64,000 nt of DNA, taken from an uncultured Clostridia bacterium (GTDB taxonomy: Bacteria > Bacillota > Clostridia > Lachnospirales > Lachnospiraceae). A program made the position numbers and the translations under genes. The stretch is from contig CAOKVX010000009.1 in the NCBI GenBank assembly GCA_948472945.1, forward strand, positions 9,752-73,751, read 5' to 3'. This document shows, in pieces, positions 59,264 through 64,000 of the stretch. Numbering within the stretch: position 1 is the first letter of the stretch; each line of letters begins with the position of its first letter. The notes beneath the pieces were generated by a model that worked only from the letters and a program-made list of their open reading frames with translations, searched no databases and had not been told where the DNA came from.

Positions 59264-60273
59264 TGATATATCCGGAATTTATTCGGAGGGGCGATACGGT
59301 ATATGTGACGGCGCCGTCCGACGGCAATAAAGACGATGTTGACTATATAAGGCTTGACAGGGCGAAAGAGGCGCTTAGGGAGTGTGGTGTTGATACGCTG
59401 GAGACTCCGGATGTTAGAAAGAGCGAGAACGGCAGAAGTTCGGATGCAAAGTTAAGGGCGGACGAATTTACAAAGGCATGGCTAAGCGAAGCGAAAGCTG
59501 TATTTGCCGCAAAGGGCGGTGATTACCTTATGGAGATGCTGCCGTATGTTCCTTTTGGCGAGCTTTGCCGTAAACCGAAGTGGTTTCAGGGATTTTCTGA
59601 TAATACTTCCATAGGCTTCATTCTCAGTACGTGTTATGATATCGCTTCAATATATGGAGACAATTTTAACACCTTTGCGATGGAGGAATGGCACAAGTCA
59701 GTTTCTGACAACTGGCGCATCCTCTCCGGCGAAACCGTAACACAGTACAGCTTTGACATGTATCAGGACGAATGGATTAAGCACGAGACCGGTAAGGAAG
59801 GGTATGTGCTTACTGCGCCTGTAAAATGGAAGTGCATAAATGAAAACGGCGGGGTTTCCATGACCGGACGTCTTACAGGGGGATGTCTTGACGTTCTTCT
59901 GAATCTTGTCGGCACAAAGTACGACCGTGTAGGGGAGTACGTAAAGCGTTATTGGCGCGACGGCATACTTTGGTTTATTGAAAGCTTCAGCCTCGGCAGT
60001 GGAGACATTGAGAGGGGGCTGTGGCAGCTCGGGGAAGCCGGATGGTTTGAGAATGTAAAAGGGTTTGTGTTTGGAAGACCTGCATTTTTTAACTCTGACG
60101 ACGGCACGTCATATGAGCAGGCGCTTATAAATCAACTTGGAAAATATAATGTACCGATAATAACGGGTGCGGACATAGGGCACAAGCCGCCTCAGTTTAC
60201 AGTAGTGAATGGAGCGTATGGGATATTTTCGTGTATGGACGGAAAGGGAAGTCTTGATATGAGATTTGTGTGA
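59260..60273 (+). CDS. S66 family LD-carboxypeptidase (MccF-like)
   Basis: AKGG, WFQGFSDNT, GRLTGGCLD, LWFIES, DIGHKPP. Confidence 0.88.
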   Translation: MMIYPEFIRRGDTVYVTAPSDGNKDDVDYIRLDRAKEALRECGVDTLETPDVRKSENGRSSDAKLRADEFTKAWLSEAKAVFAAKGGDYLMEMLPYVPFGELCRKPKWFQGFSDNTSIGFILSTCYDIASIYGDNFNTFAMEEWHKSVSDNWRILSGETVTQYSFDMYQDEWIKHETGKEGYVLTAPVKWKCINENGGVSMTGRLTGGCLDVLLNLVGTKYDRVGEYVKRYWRDGILWFIESFSLGSGDIERGLWQLGEAGWFENVKGFVFGRPAFFNSDDGTSYEQALINQLGKYNVPIITGADIGHKPPQFTVVNGAYGIFSCMDGKGSLDMRFV

Positions 60274-60387
60274 TAATTATCTTATCTCAACGGCGCCTGC
60301 GAAAAGTCTGCATGAAGTTTGGCTGATATGTAATTTATCCGCGAAATATATCAAAGTTTGTAAACCGATAAATAAATATAACCTGAC

Positions 60388-60422
60388 TGTATAAGACATT
60401 TTCTGCAAAGGGAATGTCTTAT
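60388..60422. repeat. Inverted repeat TATAAGACATT / AATGTCTTATA
   Basis: 11-bp arms in the S66-spoIIGA intergenic region. Confidence 0.6.
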
Positions 60423-60448
60423 AATCGTTTCATGAAGTCGATAACTTT

Positions 60449-60477
60449 GCCGGCACAGGCAACTTACCTGTGCCGGC
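60449..60477. repeat. GC-rich inverted repeat GCCGGCACAGG / CCTGTGCCGGC
   Basis: 11-bp perfect arms with a 7-nt loop and no T tail. Confidence 0.7.
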
Positions 60478-60614
60478 GGGGCGTGACCTTAGCGGCATGG
60501 CATATATATTTGTATGAAAAGCTTACATATTAAATTACATGAGAGTTGATGCTGAAACCTGAATGGATTTTTATACTAAGCTTGGCACGCTGCACGAGTT
60601 TATGAGGAAGGAGT

Positions 60615-61467
60615 GTGAAAGACGAAGATATACATTGACGTGTTTTTTGGAATCAATTTTTTGATGGACTGTTTTCTTATTATCACATATATGTGGTTAG
60701 TCAATTATGTCAGTACATTTCCAAGAGTAATTGCCGGGGCTTTTATCGGCGCAGCCGGTGCATGCCTTGTTCTAATAAACGGCAGTAGTATAGTTATATC
60801 ATTCTTTATCGGGGTGATATTCTCCTGTATAATTATATTTGTGTTGTATTACCGCAGGATGTACATAGATTTTTTGAAGCTTGTTTACCTGACAGGTGTG
60901 TGGTATTTCAACGCATTTGCGATGGGAGGGGTATTTAATTATTTTATAAGCGGAAAGGTAACGTCGGTCATCCTTGTAAGAATGTGCGCGGCGGTTCTCA
61001 TTGTAATGTATATTCTTGCGGGAAGAAACAGAATTGGAAAAATAAGAAACAATAACAGAAACATGTACAATGTCACTGTTTTGAGAAGCGGAAAAAATAT
61101 ACGCGGTTACGGTTATTATGACAGCGGCTGTATGATAAGGGAACCTATATCCGGCGAGCCCGTAATAATATCTTCGTATAAGTATGTAAGGCCATATCTT
61201 TCAGACGGGGAACGTACTTATATAGAGATGTTTCCGATGTTGCCGGACGAGTGGGATGGCGAGACGTATATACGCAGCATACCATACAGCTCTATTGGCA
61301 ATTCAAACGGTCATCTGCCCGGCATTGCGGTGGAAAATATAGTACTTGAATGCCAAAAGGAAAAAGAGACTTTCGGGCCGTGTTATATAGCCGTTTACGA
61401 TGGGAAATTATCTTCGGATGGCAGTTATGATTTCATACTTCATTGTGATATGAGATTAGGGGGTTAA
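60615..61467 (+). CDS. spoIIGA: SigE-processing peptidase SpoIIGA (5' end out of frame with the RBS-linked GTG)
   Basis: [13 protein letters not shown]-terminus, multi-TM, YYDSG aspartic motif, IPYSSIG; directly upstream of sigE. Confidence 0.82.
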
Positions 61468-61471
61468 TTTT

Positions 61472-62221
61472 ATGATGTTTCGGATTTCTGTTCCTAATTG
61501 TTTTCAGTTTAGGATGATTAGGAATATGAGAGATGTTTTTTTTGATAAGGGCGGTGATATCCACTACATAGGAGGCGCTGAGATACTTCCGGCGCCGTTT
61601 GAGCCGGAGGAGGAAATAATCTGGCTTGAGAAGCTTGAAGACGACGACTATAGAAGCGAGGCAATTTCTGTGCTCGTGGAGCACAACTTAAGGCTCGTAG
61701 TATACATAGCCAAGAAATTTGACAATACCGGAGTTGGTGTAGAGGACCTCATTTCCATTGGGACGATAGGTCTTATGAAAGCAATTAATACGTTCAAGGC
61801 CGAGAAAAAAATAAAACTTGCCACATACGCGTCGAGATGCATTGAGAATGAAATACTTATGTACTTGCGCAGAACGAGCAAGACAAAGATGGAGGTGTCA
61901 ATTGACGAGCCGCTCAACGTAGATTGGGACGGCAATGAGCTTTTGTTGTCCGACATACTAGGTACCGACGAGGACATAATATCGAAAGAACTTGAGAGCG
62001 AGGTCGACAAAAAGCTTTTGAAAAAAGCTCTTGACAGGCTGAACGACAGGGAGAGAATGATAATACAGCTTAGGTTCGGCATAGACTCAATACAGGGAGA
62101 GGAAAAGACTCAGAAAGAGGTGGCCGACATACTTGGCATTTCACAGTCGTACATATCAAGGCTTGAGAAGAAGATAATGAAACGCCTTAAAAAGGAGATT
62201 ATAAAGATGGAGTCATCGTGA
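61472..62221 (+). CDS. sigE: RNA polymerase sporulation sigma factor SigE with pro-sequence
   Basis: [65 protein letters not shown]. Confidence 0.95.
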   Translation: MMFRISVPNCFQFRMIRNMRDVFFDKGGDIHYIGGAEILPAPFEPEEEIIWLEKLEDDDYRSEAISVLVEHNLRLVVYIAKKFDNTGVGVEDLISIGTIGLMKAINTFKAEKKIKLATYASRCIENEILMYLRRTSKTKMEVSIDEPLNVDWDGNELLLSDILGTDEDIISKELESEVDKKLLKKALDRLNDRERMIIQLRFGIDSIQGEEKTQKEVADILGISQSYISRLEKKIMKRLKKEIIKMESS

Positions 62222-62512
62222 CGGTTTATTTGTACAATATTATACTTTGAAAGTATAAATTTATTAATTTATATAATTTATATAAAATATTTTTTTTATA
62301 TGACGATATACTAAATATAGAATTTTGGGTCGGTATGCCGCTATAAGAATGGACAAATGATGCGCAGCTTATAGCCGGACGGATATTTTAATAAGTTCAG
62401 TGGCGTCGGTTTACGATTCATTGCTCAAACGAAAAATTAACAATTAAAGAAACAGGCAGGGTTCAAATTGGCTGTGTTAAAATAACCGCATTAGCTTGTT
62501 TTGGGTTAAATA

Positions 62513-62558
62513 ATCAGCCGTATCATGGGAATTAATAATCTGTGATACGGCTGATTTT
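62513..62558. terminator. Terminator hairpin between convergent sigE and GH43
   Basis: AATCAGCCGTATCATGGGA-loop-TCTGTGATACGGCTGATT with flanking T runs. Confidence 0.7.
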
Positions 62559-62586
62559 ATATGTTTTATGAACAATCAATTGAGTT

Positions 62587-63999
62587 TCAAACCTGCGTAT
62601 TTATACTAAGATAATCGAAGTATGCTTTGTTTTCCGAAGGTCTGGCGCTCTCTGCATATAAACCGAGACATGTTCCGACGAACCCGCCAGCGGTGTCGGT
62701 GCACAGTATGCTTGCGTCAGCGTTGTCCGCCACGACAAATTCGTCGTTTTCGCCGATTTTGCATTTGAATGTAAGCGTCTGCATTTCCTGCCTTATATAT
62801 AGGCAGACAGGAGGGAGAGGCGCGTTTTGTTCTTTGATAACATGCTCGCCTATTATCTCTATTTCGGCATTGCCGTCTTTTCCTGTAGATTTTGTGGCGG
62901 TTATCTTGTATTTGTCGTTTTCTTTAGTTATACCGAAATGATAATTGAAAAATTCGTTCTGCAGCAGAATCAGTCCGGCCGCTTCGCTTTCTTCCGGTGT
63001 GAAAATGATGGATGTGCCAAGCTCGTAGCTCATTGACGTCTGTCTTTTGCAGAGAACTGTAGGCGATGCGCTGCCATAAAGCTTCTCCGGCGAAGGGGTC
63101 AGCGCCACAAAACCCGGTTTGTCCGACAGTGAATACATAGTCATGTCAGGGTTTCTCACGAACATATACTCGAAAGGAAACGCGTCGTATTCAAAGTCAT
63201 CGCGGCTGCACCCGGTTTTTGGTGTTGACGCGGGAAGGCTTGGACGTGTGAATGTGTCCTCGACGATGCCCTTTCCGGGATTGATAAGAGGCCAGCCGTT
63301 TTCCCATGTAAACGGAACGAGAAAAGTTTCGCGCCCGAGATTGCGGTGGTAACCGCCTCCGTACGGCCTTGATGCGAGCAGAACCATCCACCATTCGCCG
63401 TTCTGAGTTTCGACAATGTCCGGATGTCCGACGTTGACGATTGGGTAATTGAGGCCCAGATGTCTGTGCGTTAGTATAGGGTTGCCCGGATATCCGGTAA
63501 ACGGCTTGCTAAGGCTTTTGCTTCTTGCTATTGTCACGCTGTGCATGTGTCCGGTTCCCGCCTCTGAAATAAGAAGGTAATACCAGCCGTCTTTCTTATA
63601 TATATGCGGACCCTCGGGCCACTCGACGTTTCTTAACGCGCCGTGCCATGCCGGCCACGACTCGCCGACGAGCTTCATGCTGTCTAGGTCGAGCTCACTT
63701 ATGTATATTTCGTTGTCTCCAAAATAGCGCGCGCCATCTCGTCTTGGCTTTGTGCCGCAGTAGTAGCATTTGCCGTCGCCGTCAAAAAAAAGTGAAGGGT
63801 CGATTCCTTCGGTGCCTAGCGGGTAAGGTTCAGACCACGGTCCGGCAGGGTCTTTCGCGGTAACTATGAAGTTTCCTTGTTCTCCTCCGACGTTTGTTGT
63901 AATCATATAAAATGTTCCTTCGTGATATCTTAGAGTTGGGGCATATATTCCCATACCTGCGATATTAGGGCTATTTAACGGCACCTGCGTCGGACGGTC
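62587..63999 (-). CDS. GH43 beta-xylosidase/arabinofuranosidase, 5'-partial (runs off the window end)
   Basis: GIYAPTLRYH, GIDPSLFFD, EGPHIYKKDGWYYL, GHPDIVET, LGRETFL; C-terminal beta-sandwich; frame open to the window end. Confidence 0.92.
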   Translation of the reverse strand, partial: DRPTQVPLNSPNIAGMGIYAPTLRYHEGTFYMITTNVGGEQGNFIVTAKDPAGPWSEPYPLGTEGIDPSLFFDGDGKCYYCGTKPRRDGARYFGDNEIYISELDLDSMKLVGESWPAWHGALRNVEWPEGPHIYKKDGWYYLLISEAGTGHMHSVTIARSKSLSKPFTGYPGNPILTHRHLGLNYPIVNVGHPDIVETQNGEWWMVLLASRPYGGGYHRNLGRETFLVPFTWENGWPLINPGKGIVEDTFTRPSLPASTPKTGCSRDDFEYDAFPFEYMFVRNPDMTMYSLSDKPGFVALTPSPEKLYGSASPTVLCKRQTSMSYELGTSIIFTPEESEAAGLILLQNEFFNYHFGITKENDKYKITATKSTGKDGNAEIEIIGEHVIKEQNAPLPPVCLYIRQEMQTLTFKCKIGENDEFVVADNADASILCTDTAGGFVGTCLGLYAESARPSENKAYFDYLSINTQV

Positions 64000-64000
64000 G

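Noticed and set aside
813-63863. Many short antisense or alternate-frame ORFs in the ORF track (for example 1876..2343, 13088..13768, 42897..43475, 52626..53429)
   Set aside because: They lie inside well-supported genes, have Ser/Ile/Leu-rich shadow composition, and show no motifs or RBS.
1-64000. CRISPR arrays, rRNA, transposases, integrases, prophage genes
   Set aside because: No regularly spaced repeats or characteristic motifs were seen anywhere in the window.

Overview
Chromosomal 64-kb window from a spore-forming, low-GC Gram-positive bacterium. Protein style and gene order suggest Clostridia, probably Lachnospiraceae-like (inference). Layout from left to right: (1) comEA, an OmpR-family regulator, a histidine kinase, a GerMN lipoprotein and a frameshifted comEC; (2) hemolysin III, a YyaL-like protein, an internally deleted Ku, an ATP-dependent ligase, hsp20, tRNA-Ser(CGA) and holA on the minus strand; (3) a ~22-kb rhamnan/Rgp-type cell-wall polysaccharide locus with ABC export, a split WbdD-like methyltransferase and kinase/coiled-coil pair, a Tll-like reductase and a lipid-carrier 4-amino-sugar decoration module; (4) an 8.2-kb compact Tad/Flp pilus locus with atypical prepilins and a 908-aa Ig-repeat protein, bracketed by an 11-bp direct repeat; (5) housekeeping metabolism: metH, GT2, LCP, T-box(Val)-ilvD-ilvB, serC-serA, folC-folP and an apparent FolB-FolK-prephenate dehydratase fusion; (6) an unexplained, highly structured ~750-bp intergenic region; (7) cyclophilin, S66 peptidase, spoIIGA-sigE and a partial GH43. 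No CRISPR array, rRNA, integrase or transposase was seen. Three single-A indels in short A runs would each change a gene call, so read-level checks are needed. All assignments come from motif recognition by eye; no database searches were run.
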